A stretch of DNA of 64,000 nt, from contig CAWAUV010000004.1 in the NCBI GenBank assembly GCA_963785305.1, positions 534,800 through 598,799 on the forward strand, given 5' to 3'. How positions within the stretch are numbered: position 1 is the first letter of the stretch; the number at the start of each line of letters is the position of its first letter. The translations under genes were made by a program, and so were the position numbers. Below the pieces are notes generated by a model, which was not told where the DNA came from, made no database searches, and was given only the letters and a program-made list of their open reading frames with translations. This DNA is from an uncultured Planctomycetaceae bacterium. GTDB taxonomy: Bacteria; Planctomycetota; Planctomycetia; Pirellulales; PALSA-1355. This document shows, one piece after another, positions 49,200-61,117 of this stretch.

Positions 49200-50335
49200 T
49201 TACTAAGGCTATAAAGCTCTCTCGGATCTTCTAGCTCTTTTAGGGGCCCTTCCAAGCCTTATTTTTATCTATAAAGCTCTTTCTTTCTACTTATAGATCC
49301 TTTAAAGCCTTACTAGCCCCTATAAGCCCCTTATTACTTATACTCTTACCTATATCTCTCTCCTAAGTATTACTTATACCCGTAAAGCTCTCTTCCTCTT
49401 ACGGGCCTTCTTAAGCCTTACTTGCCCTTATAAGCCCGTTACTACCTATATTCTTACTTATAGTTCCCTCCTAAGCCTTATTCCTACTTATAAAGCTCTC
49501 CTTTCCCTCTTATAGGCCTCTCTAAGCCTCACTCCTACCTATAGAACTCTCTCTTCCTTCTTATAAGCCTTCCCAAGCCTCACTCCTATTTATAAAGCTT
49601 CCCTTTTCCCCTTATAGGCCCTCCCAAGCCTCACTCGCCCTATAAGCCCCTTATTACCTATACTCTTATCCGTAACTTCCTCTCAAGCCTTATTTTTACT
49701 CGTAAAGCTCTCTTCCTCTTATGGCTCCTCCTAAGCCTCACTCCTACTTATATCTTTACTTATAGGGCTTTTCCTTCCCTCCTAAGCCTTACTTATACCC
49801 GCAGAGCTCTCTCTTTCTTATAGGCCCTCTCAAGCCTTATTCTTACTTATAAAGCTCTTTTTTTTTACTTGCGGGCCCTCTAAAGCCTTATTTACCCTTA
49901 TAAGCCCCTTATTACTTATACTCTTGCTTATAATTTCCTCCCAAACCTTATATCTTCCCGTAAAGCTTTTTCTTTTCTCTTATAAACCCTCTCAAGTATT
50001 ACTCTCACCTATAAAGTTCCTCCTTTTCTCTTATAATTCTTCCAAGCCTTACTTTTACCCGTAAAGCTCTCTTTTTCTCGCAAGCCCCCTAAACCTTATT
50101 CTTACCCGGAAATCCCCTAGACTTTCTATAAGCCTATAAAGCTCTCTTCCTTATTTATTAAGCCTTCCTAGCTCTCCTCCCGGTCTATATCCCCTTATAA
50201 GCCCTTTACTAAGCTCTTTTCTCTTTATAAATCTTTTCTTCTCTCCTATAAATTACTATAGCTCTTACCTATACTTATAAAGCCCTTTCTTTCCTCCTAT
50301 AGGCCCTCTTTATTTGTCTAGCCTTCCTAAGCCTT
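49200..50335. repeat. Degenerate ~45-50-bp tandem repeats (core AAGCCTCACTCCTAC..AAAGCTCTCT)
   Basis: The AAGCCT(T/C)A core recurs throughout the interval. Confidence 0.75.
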
Positions 50336-50339
50336 ACTT

Positions 50340-50756
50340 ATATAAGTAGGAAATATATAAATAGGAAGTATATAAGTAAAGTATATAAGTAAGAAGTATA
50401 TAAATAGGAAATATATAAGTAGGAAATATATAAGTAAAAAGTATATAAATAGAAAGTATATAAGTAGGAAATATATAAGTAAAGTATATAAATAGGGAAT
50501 ATATAAATAGGAAATATATAAATAAAAAATATATAAATAGGAAATATATAAGTAAAATATATAAATAAGAAATATATAAGTAAGAAATATATAAATAGGA
50601 AATATATAAGTAAGGAATATATAAATAAAACATATAAATAGGAAATATATAAGTAAGAAGTATATAAATAGGAAATATATAAGTAGGAAATATATAAGTA
50701 GGGAATATATAAGTAAGAAATATATAAGTAGGAAATATATAAGTAGAAATATATAA
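50340..50756. repeat. 15-bp minisatellite (TATATAAGTAGGAAA)n
   Basis: Directly visible; it produces the spurious LYISY-repeat ORFs. Confidence 0.9.
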
Positions 50757-50871
50757 AGAGCTTTAGTATTCCTAGAATAAGTAATATATAAGGAAATAGG
50801 CTCAAGTTTTAGTATTTCTTATATAATTAGGAATTTTAACTAGTAATCTAATTATATAATAATATTATATA

Positions 50872-50960
50872 GATAAGTTTAGGGCTACTTTACTAAAATT
50901 ATTAATTAGTAGCCTTATATAAGTTCCGGGGCTAATTAATAATTTTGCCCTAAACTTATC
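50872..50960. repeat. Junction cruciform J2
   Basis: GATAAGTTTAGGGC-TACTTTACT-AAAATTATTAATTAGT-loop-GCTAATTAATAATTTT-GCCCTAAACTTATC. Confidence 0.9.
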
Positions 50961-53900
50961 CCTAATAGGTTTAGAATATAATAAAGGCTTTTAGCTAAGT
51001 ATATAAATTAGATATAAACTCTTTATAGATCTTTTATAAATAATATAAGAAGAAAAATAGTCTATAAGTATATAAAGTTACTTATAAGTAAATTAAAAGC
51101 TAAGTAAAATCTTATAATATTTCTAGATATATTATATTACTTATATAATTTATATTAGGAAATAAAAAAATATAAAGCCCTGCCTATAAAATTACTTATA
51201 AGGCTACTATATAGAACTAGCTATAAGAAAAAACCGGAAATTATAAATCTATTCCTATTATTTTAAATAACTAGTCCTATAACTTATTAATAATTATTAT
51301 AAAAGATAAAATAAATAAAAACTATTTATAGAAAAGTATAAAAAATAATTACTAATCTATTAACTAGAGCTTAATTTATAGAATTATTTATAACTAGCTA
51401 TTAAAGTTATTATTTAATAATTATATATAAATCAAGAATTTCCTAAAGCTATAAATTAATATCTATAACCTATTATAAAGCTTTTCTTATAAATAGAGAT
51501 TTTATAAGAATATTATAGGTATACTAATCTTGAGTTATAGCTTAAAAAAAATAGATCTAGTAAATAAATACTTTATAAGATTTCTAGAAATAATTCTATA
51601 ATCTCAGGATTTGCCTTATTTATATTAGCTAAATCTATTATAAAATATATTTATTTCTGGCTAAAAAATATATCCAGAATTATTTAGTTAAGCTTATAGA
51701 TTATATTATTTAGGATTAATAGGATTACTTATTTACTAAAGGCCTAGTAATTATATAAGGCCTATAAGAGTTACTTTTATAGGTAAACGTAATTAATTAG
51801 GTCCGTAACTAACTAGGTATATAAAATAAAAGATAAGAGTATAATTTACTTATTTAAAGATAGGTTATATAATAAATTACTAATTTAGTCTATAAAATCC
51901 TATTTAGATAGATTATTATAGACCCGTATATTAATTTATAATAATAGTTAATAGAGCTATAGCCAGATCTATATTTACTATAAGTAGGCCCATATTATAT
52001 TAGCCCGCAAATTATATAGAATTACTAGTAAGATCTAGGTAAAATTTCTCCCGAGAATTACGGGTACTCTTTTAAAGAAAATATTATCTATAACTAATTA
52101 TAAATTAATTATTAGCTAGTATATTACCTTAAAGTAGTACTTATATTATATAGGTACCTTATCTCAGATAATTAGGTTTATAAATTATAAAAGTACCCCG
52201 AGCTAGCTTATCTTAGTAATTATACTTATAAATAATTCATTAAGCTTAAGCAGGATCTAGAACTAGGAATAAGATATATATTTATCCGGAAAAAGAAGAG
52301 CTATAATACCCGTTAATATTATATATAGGATAACCTTACCTTAGCTATAGTAATAATAATAGAGAATCTTATAAAGAAATATCTTACTAGTCTTATTCGG
52401 GCCTTATAAGTAGAAGTAAACTATCTATAAATTATTTATAATTATTACTAGAATTATCTAGAAATAAGAGTACTAGTTTATATTTAGCTAGGCTTATATT
52501 ATAATTACTAGTAATGTTTTATAAGTATAATTAATTTATAAATTAGCTATATAATAGCTTATAATCTAATTAAAGGTATTTTTAGGTAAGGTAATATTTA
52601 TTAGTATTTACTAGAGATTTATAAGGCTAAAGCTAAATAAAAAGAGGCTATAATTATAATAAGAATTAATTAAGAGTAATAGGAAATTAATTAATAAGTT
52701 ATAAGCGAGCTTATAGGCTAAGTTATTATAAAAATACTTCTTATACTAGTCCTAGATTACTCGCATATTTATAATTAACTACTAGTAAATACTTATAAGA
52801 AAAAGCATTTATAAACTATAGCTAGTTATTAATTAGATAGCCTTATTAAAGTACTAGAATTATTCCTAATTATTCTTTACTAAGCTATAAGTAATATAGG
52901 TAATATAGTATATAAAATAATAGATGCCCTTAATTAAATAGAGCTTATTAAAGAACTATAGACTATATATAATTATTAGTAAGAGCTATAAATAAAACTA
53001 CTTACCTAAAACCGGGCTATAGTAATAAATATAACTAATACTATATTTTTACTTATAGTATTTCTATATCCGGGTCTTAGTAACCTATATAAAATATTAT
53101 AAGAACTTATAGTAAAGATACTAGTAATTATTCTTATATATTATATTATATTTAAAGAAAGCTATTAAGATTAAATAAATATTTATAACCCGGTTTATAA
53201 CTTACTTAAATAAGAGATTAATTATAAAATAAACTATATATTATTTAGGGAAGTAAATTATGAGATATTAAACTAGGGAAAACTCCTAGTATATTAGGTA
53301 TTTAAATAGGTACTAGAAAGCCTTTATAGAGCCTATATATTAAGCCTAGAAATACTAGGTAATCTTATTATTTATTTCCGAGATAATTATAATTATATAG
53401 TTTGTTTTTTTATAAATATATTTATAGATATACTTAATTACTTATATAAATATATAAACCTTAATATTAATATATAAGTAGAACTTCTAAAAAAGATACA
53501 AGTTATATAAAATAATCTAGTAATTATTATAAATAACTTCCTAGTCTAAAAAGCCTAGTTTATAAATTATAAATATATAATTATTATCCCGGTACTAGTA
53601 TTTAGGATATCTATTCTTATAAATAATTATTATAACTATAAATACCTTAGAAAACCTTTTCTAGTATATAAGTAGGGCTATAGGTATATTACGGATTATA
53701 TATAGGGCTTTTAGATTATTATTAAGGCTATATAACCCGTAAGATATCTAACTAGTAACTATAGCTATAAGTTTACTAATAGGGTCCTATAATAAGTCTA
53801 GGAGCTTAGTATAAACTATCTTATTAACTAAATTAGAAATTAAGAAAATAGTATTTCTCTTAAGAAATAAGAATAAATATATATATAAGAGGCTATATTT

Positions 53901-55986
53901 CTGGTATTTAATTATATAAATATAACCCGTATATTATCTAAAAATATAGTTCTTAAGATTTATAAGAAGCTTTTTTATCTTTAGGATAAAAATCTAGTAA
54001 AAGAGATCTAAATAATTAATTACTTATTACCTATTTAAAAAGTAATCTATAATCTTAGGCTAGTATAGGTTAGCTATAAAAGTAATAAAAAAGCTTAGCT
54101 TATTAAAGTATTATATAATAGCTATTAAGTTTTAAAAGAATTATTATATAAAGTAATTATTATTTATAAAACTAAATAGGAAAATAAAGTAATAGCTAAT
54201 ATTACTTATATAAATATTCTTATAAATTAAAGTATTTATAAGACCCGTATAGATATTTATATAAATATTTTACTAGTATAAGTAAAGCTAGTTAAGTAAG
54301 GTTATCTTATAAGTAATATATATATTAATAATATATTATTAGAAAAAATAGCTAGTATAAAAAAGTAAGGAAAAGGCTAAATAAATATAAAGGTAATATT
54401 AGTAAAAGGCTCGCTATTTAAGCTATATTTACTAGCGAGTTCTAGTATAATCTTATAACTATAACTTATAATATTAGCCCGGATTATTATATAAGAAAAG
54501 TAAGATATAATAAAATAATATTAATTATATATATTTATAAATACTTATAGCCTGTTTTATAAACTATTAGTACTAGATTATAGTAGCTCGTATTTATATA
54601 CTTATTCGGGATTAGGATAGTAATCTTATTATTTATAAGAAGGTTCTTATAATAATAATTTATACCTAACTTAAGAATTAAGTATATTTATGAGTTAAGT
54701 AAAACCCGGAAATCGGTTTACTAGCTTATAAGATACTTATAAGCTATCTTATAGACTATAATAAATAAATTATAGTCTATAAGTATATTTATAAGCTATA
54801 AAAGAACTATATAATCTAAGTAAGGAAAATTAGTAACCCGAATATTAGTTATAAAGAGCGGATTATAGAAGAAAAGCTATATAAAAAAGAATTTAGTATA
54901 TAAAGCAGGCTATAATAGGCCTTGGAAATAGAAGAACTTGCCGTGAATCTAAAAGTACTAGATCTTATAAGAGAAGTTAATCCGGGTATTCTTTTTATAG
55001 CTAATTAATATAAAGGTAAAAGTATAATTATATACCCGGATATTTGTCTAGAAGGCCCGGTAAAAAGAGTTATTACCCGTAAAGAAATAAGAGAAATATA
55101 GAGGAGGCTTGCGAATTAGAGGAAATATAATATTATTCTTCTTATAATAGGCCTTAAAGTAATTATTCGTATAGCTAAAATAAAGGGCTTTGCAAGCTAT
55201 ATAGTAATTTATAAGCGGACCGGTTATATATACGGGAGCTGGCCAGAAGCGAGAAAAAAAGGCAAGAGGCTATATAATAGGTGAGTTAATAGGAAGGTTT
55301 TCTATAATATAAACTAGGGCTATAATAGATAGTTAATAAATCCATTACTAGTACTATAGGGCTGGCTTATCTATAGAGACATCCGTAATTAACTATTATT
55401 ATTACTAGGAAAGAGGAAGAATATTTGAATTAAGTTCTTATAAGATAAGGTACTACTAGATATAATTAGTAGCTAACCGGACCTATTAACTAGTTAGTTA
55501 AGCCAGAAAAAGAGGGAAATATAGACTTAATAGTAATTATAGCTCTTATATACCTTAGTTTGTCTCGTAATAAAGTTAGAAGCAGGCTAATTTTGCTTAT
55601 AAGTAATATAAAAGTAGAGAGGATTCATATAATAAAGAGAAAAAAGAAAGAAAAGTAATATGAGATTAGGTTTTCTTTTCTTAGTACTTTCTATAGAATT
55701 ACTAGCTTAAGATTTTCTCTCGAGCTTTAAAAAATTATAATAAAAGGCCCTTGTATTTTAGAACTACTAAAATAAAAAAAAAGATACTTAAGTTTTCTCT
55801 TTATAATCTCAAGCTAAGTACTAAGGATTTAGATATAATTATGTTCTAATACGCGATTTCCTAGAATAAGAAGATTCTAGTATTTCTTACGTAACTAGTA
55901 TTTTCTAAGAAGCCCCGAGAGCTAATTACTTAGGGTAGCCTAAATATAGGATAATATAAAAAAAACGAGTTTAAGGCCGCTTTACT
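50895..55986 (-). mobile_element. Helitron copy H1 (5,092 bp), heavily RIP-degraded
   Basis: Colinear with 55,987-61,053 wherever compared; RepHel relic from ATG 55,628 to TAG 51,100. Confidence 0.9.
51100..55628 (-). pseudogene. Helitron RepHel pseudogene (copy 1)
   Basis: Aligns by eye with copy 2 and has more C>T/G>A changes. Confidence 0.85.
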
Positions 55987-56052
55987 AAAATTATTAATTA
56001 GTGGCCTTATATAAGCTTTAGGGCTAACTAATAATTTTGCCCTAAACTTGTT
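55964..56052. repeat. Junction cruciform J3
   Basis: AACGAGTTTAAGGC-CGCTTTACT-AAAATTATTAATTAGT-loop-GCTAACTAATAATTTT-GCCCTAAACTTGTT. Confidence 0.9.
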
Positions 56053-59000
56053 CCGAATAGGGTTAGAATTAAAGAAGATATGTGACTTAGTAAAGGCCTT
56101 TATGGATAATATAAGAAGAAAAATAGCCCGTAAATAAGTTAAAAGCTAAGTAAGGCCCTATAATATTTCTGGGTATACTATATTACTTATATGGTTTATA
56201 TTAGGGAATAAAAGAATATAAAGCCCTGCCTATAAGATTACCTATAAGGCTATTATATAGAACTAGCCATGAGAAAAGACTAGTAATTATAAATTCACCC
56301 TTATTACCTCAAATAACTAGCCCTATAACTTATTAATAGTTATTATAAAGAATAAAGCAAGTGGAAACTACTTATGAGAGAGTATAAAAAATAATTACTA
56401 ATTTATTAACTAGAGCTTAATTCGTGAAATTATCCGTAATTAGCTATTAAAGTTACTATCTAGTAATTATATACGAATCGAGAACTTCCTAAAGCTATAA
56501 ATTAATATCCGTAACCCGTTATAAAGCCCTTCTTATAAATAAAGATTTTATAAGAGTATTACGGGTATACTAATCTTAAGTTATAGCTTAGAAAGAAGTA
56601 GACCCGGTAAATAGATATTTTATAAGACCTCTAGAGGTAATTCTATAATTTCAGGATCTGCCTTATTTATATTAGCCAAATCTACTATAAAATATGTTTA
56701 TTTCTAGCTAGAAAGTATATCCAGGATTATTTAGTTAAGCTCGCGGACCATATTATTTAGGGTTAATAGGATTACCCGTTTACTAAAGGCCTAATAGTTA
56801 CGCGAGGCCTATAAGAGTTATTCTTACGGGTAAATATAATTAATTAGGTCCGTAACTAATTAAGTATATGAAATAAAAGGCGAGAGTATAATCTACTTAT
56901 TTAAGGACGGGTTATATAGCAAATAACTAATCTAGTTCACAAAATCCTACTCGGATAGGTTATTATAAACCCGTATATTAATTCGTAATAATAACTAATA
57001 GAGCCATGGCCAGATCTATATTTGCTATAAGTAGGCCCGTATTATATTAGCCCGCGAATCGTATAAGATTACTAGTAAGATCTAGGCAAAGTTTTTCCTA
57101 AGGATTACGGGTACTTCTTTAAAGAGAATATTATTTGTAATTAATTATAAATTAATTATTAGTTAGTATATTACCTTAAAATAGTACTTATATTATATGG
57201 GTATCTCGTCCCAGATAATTAGGTCTATAAATTATAAGAGTGCCCCGAGCTAGCTTGTCTTAGTAATTATACTTATAAATAACTCATTAAGCTTAAGCGG
57301 GATCCGGAACTAGGAATAAGATATGTGTCTATCCGGGAGAAAGAAAGCTATAATACCCGTTAATATCACGTATAGAACTATCTTACTTTAGCTATAGTAA
57401 TAGTGGCAGAGGGTCTTATAGAGGAATGTCTTACTAGTCTTGCCCGGGCCCTATAAATAGAAGTAAGCTATCTATGAATTATTTATAATTACTATTATAA
57501 TTATCTAGAAATAAGAGTACTAGTTCATATTTAGCTAGGCTTGTATTATGGTCGCTAGTAATATCTTATAGGCGCGATTAACCCGTAGATTAGTTATATA
57601 ATAACTTATAATCTAGTTAAAAATATTCTCAGGCAGGGCAATATCTATTAGTGTTTACTAGAGATCCGTAAGGCTAAGGCTAAGTAAGAAAAGGCCATAA
57701 TTATAGTAAGAATTAACTAAGGATAGCAAGAAGTTAATTAATAGGTTATAGGTAAGCTTACGGGCCAAGTTATTATAGAAATACTTCTTATACTAGTCCT
57801 AGATTACTCGCGTATTTATAATTAGCTACTAGCGAATACTCGTAAGAAAAAGTATCCGTAAACTATAGCCGGTTATTAATTAGATGGCCTTATTAAAGTA
57901 CTAGAACTACTCCCGATTATTTTTTACTAAGCTACGGGTAATATAGATAGTATAATATATAGGATAACGGATGCCCTTAACTAAGTAGAGCTTATTAAAG
58001 AACTACGGACCATATATAACTATTAGTAAGAGCCATAAGTAGAACCGCTCACCCGAAACCAGGCTATAATAATAAATATAGCTAATACTATATTCTTGCT
58101 TGTGGTATTTCTATATCCGGATCTTAGTAACTCACATAAAGTATTATAGGAACTCGTAGTAAAGATACTAGTAGTTATTCTCGTATATTATATTATATTT
58201 AAAGAAGACTATTAAGATTAAATGAGTATTTGCGGCCCGGTCTATGACTTACTCGGGTAAGAGGTTAGCCATAAAGCAAATTATATATTATTTAGGGAGG
58301 TAAATTATGAGGTATTAAACTAGGGGGAACTCCTAGTATATTAGGTACTTAAATAGGTACTAGAAAGCCTCTATAGGGCCCATATATTAAGCCTGGAAAT
58401 ACTAGGTAATCTTATTATTTATTCCCGAGATAGCCATAATTATATAGTCCGTTTCTTTATAGATATACTTATAGATATACTTAATTACTTATATAAATAC
58501 ATAAACCTTAATATTAATATGCGAGCGGAACTTCTAGAGAAGATACGGGTTATATAAAATAACCTAGTAATTATTACAGACAATTTCCTAGTCTAGAAAG
58601 CCTAGTTTATGAACTATAAATATATAGCTATTATCCCGGCGCTAGTACTCGGGATACCTATTCTTATAGATAATTATTATAGCCGCAAATATATTAGAGA
58701 ACTTTTTCTAGCACGTAAGTAAGGCTATAGATATACTACGGACTATATATAAGGCTTTCGGATTATTATTAAGGCTATATGGCCCGTGAGATATCTAGCT
58801 AGTAACTATAGCCATAAGTTTACTAGTAGGGTCCCATAACAGGTCTAGAAGCTTGGTATAAACTACCTTATTAACTAAATTAGGGATTAAGAAGATAGTA
58901 TTCTTCCTAAGAAATAAGAGTAAGTATATATATAAGAGGCCACGCTTCTAGTACTCAATTATATAGATATGGCCCGCGTACTATCCGAAAACGTGGTTCT

Positions 59001-61053
59001 TGAGATCCGTAAGGAGCTCTCTTATTTTTAGGATAAAGACCCGGTAAAGGAGATCCGGATAATTAATTACTTATTACTTATTTAAGAGATAATCTATAAT
59101 CTTAGGCTAGTGCGGGTTAGCTATAAAGGTAATAAAGAAGCTTGGCTTACTAAAGTATTATATAATAGCTATTAAGTCTTAAAAAAGCTATTATATAAAG
59201 TAATTACTACCCGTAAAGCTAGATAGGAGAATAAAATAATGGCTAATATTACTTGTATAGATATCCTCACGAATTAAAGTATTCGTAAGACTCGTATAGA
59301 TATTCGTATAAATATTCTACTAGTATAAGCAAAGCTAGTTAAGCAAGGTTATCTTATAGGTAATATATATATTAATAATATATTACTAGAAGAGGCGGCT
59401 AGCATAAAAGAGCGGGAAGAAGGCTAGACGAATATAAAAGTAGTATTAGTAGAAGGCTTACTACTCGAGCCATATCTGCTAGCAAGTCCCGGTATAGTCT
59501 TATAACTATAACTCGTAGTATTAGCCCGGGTCGCCATATGAGAAGAGTAAGATATAGTAAAGTAGTATATATACTACGTGAGTAATATTAACTATACGTA
59601 TCTATGGATACTCGCGGCCTGCCTTGCGGGCTATTAGTACTAGATTATGGCGGCTCGTATCCGTATACTTATTCGGGATTAGGATAATAACCTTATTACT
59701 TATAGGGAGGTTCTTATAATAATAATCCGTACCTGACTCGAGAATTAAGCATATCTATGGGTTAAGTAAGACCCGGAAATCGGTTTACTAGCTCGCAAGA
59801 TGCTTGCGGGCTATCTTATAGACTATAATAAACGGATTATAGTCCATAAGCATATCCGTAAGCTATAAAAGAATCGCATAATCTAAGCGAGGAAAGTTAG
59901 TAGCCCGGATATTAGTTATAAAAAGCGAGTTATAGAAGAAAAGCTATATAAAGGAGGATTTAGCGTGTAAAGTGGGCTATAGCGGGCCTTAGAAATAGAA
60001 GAGCTTGCCGTGAATCTAAAAGTACTAGATCCTATAGGAGAAGTTAATCCGGGCGTTCTTCTTATAACTAATTAACGTAAAGGTAAAAGCATAATTATAT
60101 GCCCGGATATTTGTCCGGAAGGCCTAGTAGAGGGAGTTATTACCCGTAAAGAGGTAAGAGAGATATAGAGGAGGCTTGCGGATTAGAGGAAGTGTAATAT
60201 TACCCTTCTTATAACAGGCCTCAAAGCAATTATCCGTATAGCTAAAATAGAGGGCTCTATAAGCTATATAGTAACCCGTAAGCGGACCGGTCATATATAC
60301 GGGAGCTGGCCGGAAGCGGGAGAGGAAGGCAGGAGGCCGTATAATAGGTGAGTCGGCAGGAGGGTCCTCTATAATATGAACTGGGGCCGCAACGGATAGT
60401 TAACGGATCCGTCACTAGCGCCATGGGGCTGGCTCGTCCGTAGAGACATCCGTAATCGACTATTATTATTACCAGGAGAGAGGAAGGGTATTTGGATCGA
60501 GTTCTTATAAGATAGGGCGCCGCTAGGCACGATTAGTAGCTAACCGGGCCTATTAACTAGTTAGTTAAGCCAGAAAAAGGGGGAAATATAGACTCGATAG
60601 TAATTATAGCTCTTATATACCTTAGCCCGTCTCGTAATAAAGTCAGAAGTAGGCCGATTTTGCCTATAGGTAATATAAAAGCGGGGAGGATTCATATAAT
60701 AAAGAGAAAAAAGAGAGAAAAGTAATGTGAGGTCAGGTTTTCTTTTCTTAGTACTTTCTATAGAACCGCTAGCTTAAGATTTCCCCCCGAGCTTTAAAAA
60801 ATCATAATAAAAGGCCCTCGCATTTCAGAACCGCTAAAATAGAGAGAAAGGCACTTGAGCTTCCTCTCTATAATCTCAAGCTAAGCGCTAAGGATTTAGA
60901 CGTAATCGCGTTCCGATACGCGATTCCCTAGAACGGGGAGGTTCTAGTGTTCCTCACGTGACCAGTATTTTCTGAGGAGCCCCGAGAGCTAACCGCTTAG
61001 GGTGGCCTGAACGTAGGACAATATAGAGAAGACGAGTTTAGGGCCGCTTCGCT
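55987..61053 (-). mobile_element. Helitron copy H2 (5,067 bp), less RIP-degraded
   Basis: Tandem direct repeat of H1, bounded by J3 and J4; carries the RepHel relic. Confidence 0.92.
56146..60695 (-). pseudogene. Helitron RepHel pseudogene (HUH Rep + PIF1-like helicase, copy 2)
   Basis: Manual minus-strand reading: AFRTNIRAYNYAFTFT..F*IHGKLF..F..*LFFY (about 60,120-59,935); KPSFFITFIANPH*PKI (about 59,150); IEY*KRGLLYIYLLLF = IEYQKRGL.H.H (about 58,960); IKYIYKYIYKETD (about 58,480); GPGKTSKTFLY Walker A relic (about 57,450); LIIWDEIP (about 57,220); FIITINKL*G* and VFSHG*FY (about 56,350-56,260). Probable short intron near the 5' end. Confidence 0.92.
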
Positions 61054-61117
61054 AAAATTATTACTAGCGGCCCTACGCAAGCTCCGGGGCTAGTAATAAT
61101 TTTGCCCTAAACTCGTC
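61031..61117. repeat. Junction cruciform J4 (least mutated)
   Basis: GACGAGTTTAGGGC-CGCTTCGCT-AAAATTATTACTAGC-GGCCCTACGCAAGCTCCGGG-GCTAGTAATAATTTT-GCCCTAAACTCGTC: perfect 14-bp outer and 15-bp inner stems. Confidence 0.95.

Larger units (their letters stand above)
48764..50894 (-). mobile_element. Putative non-autonomous Helitron-associated module N2 (2,131 bp), repeat-filled
   Basis: Bounded by J1 and J2; contains degenerate ~45-50-bp repeats and a 15-bp minisatellite; its right end shares TTCCTAGAATAAG..TAGTATTTCTTA with the region upstream of the RepHel ATG. Confidence 0.6.

Noticed and set aside
50334..50805. LYISY-repeat ORFs
   Set aside because: Products of the 15-bp minisatellite.
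50895..61053. 5-kb tandem unit as rDNA or an integrated viral concatemer
   Set aside because: No rRNA signatures seen; the minus strand carries ordered Helitron Rep and PIF1 helicase motifs.
48744..61117. Junction hairpins as CRISPR repeats, integron attC sites or ribozymes
   Set aside because: Spacing is kilobases, there is no cas or integrase gene, and I could not fit a hammerhead, HDV or twister core. Association with RepHel ends explains them better; an Rfam scan would settle the ribozyme option.
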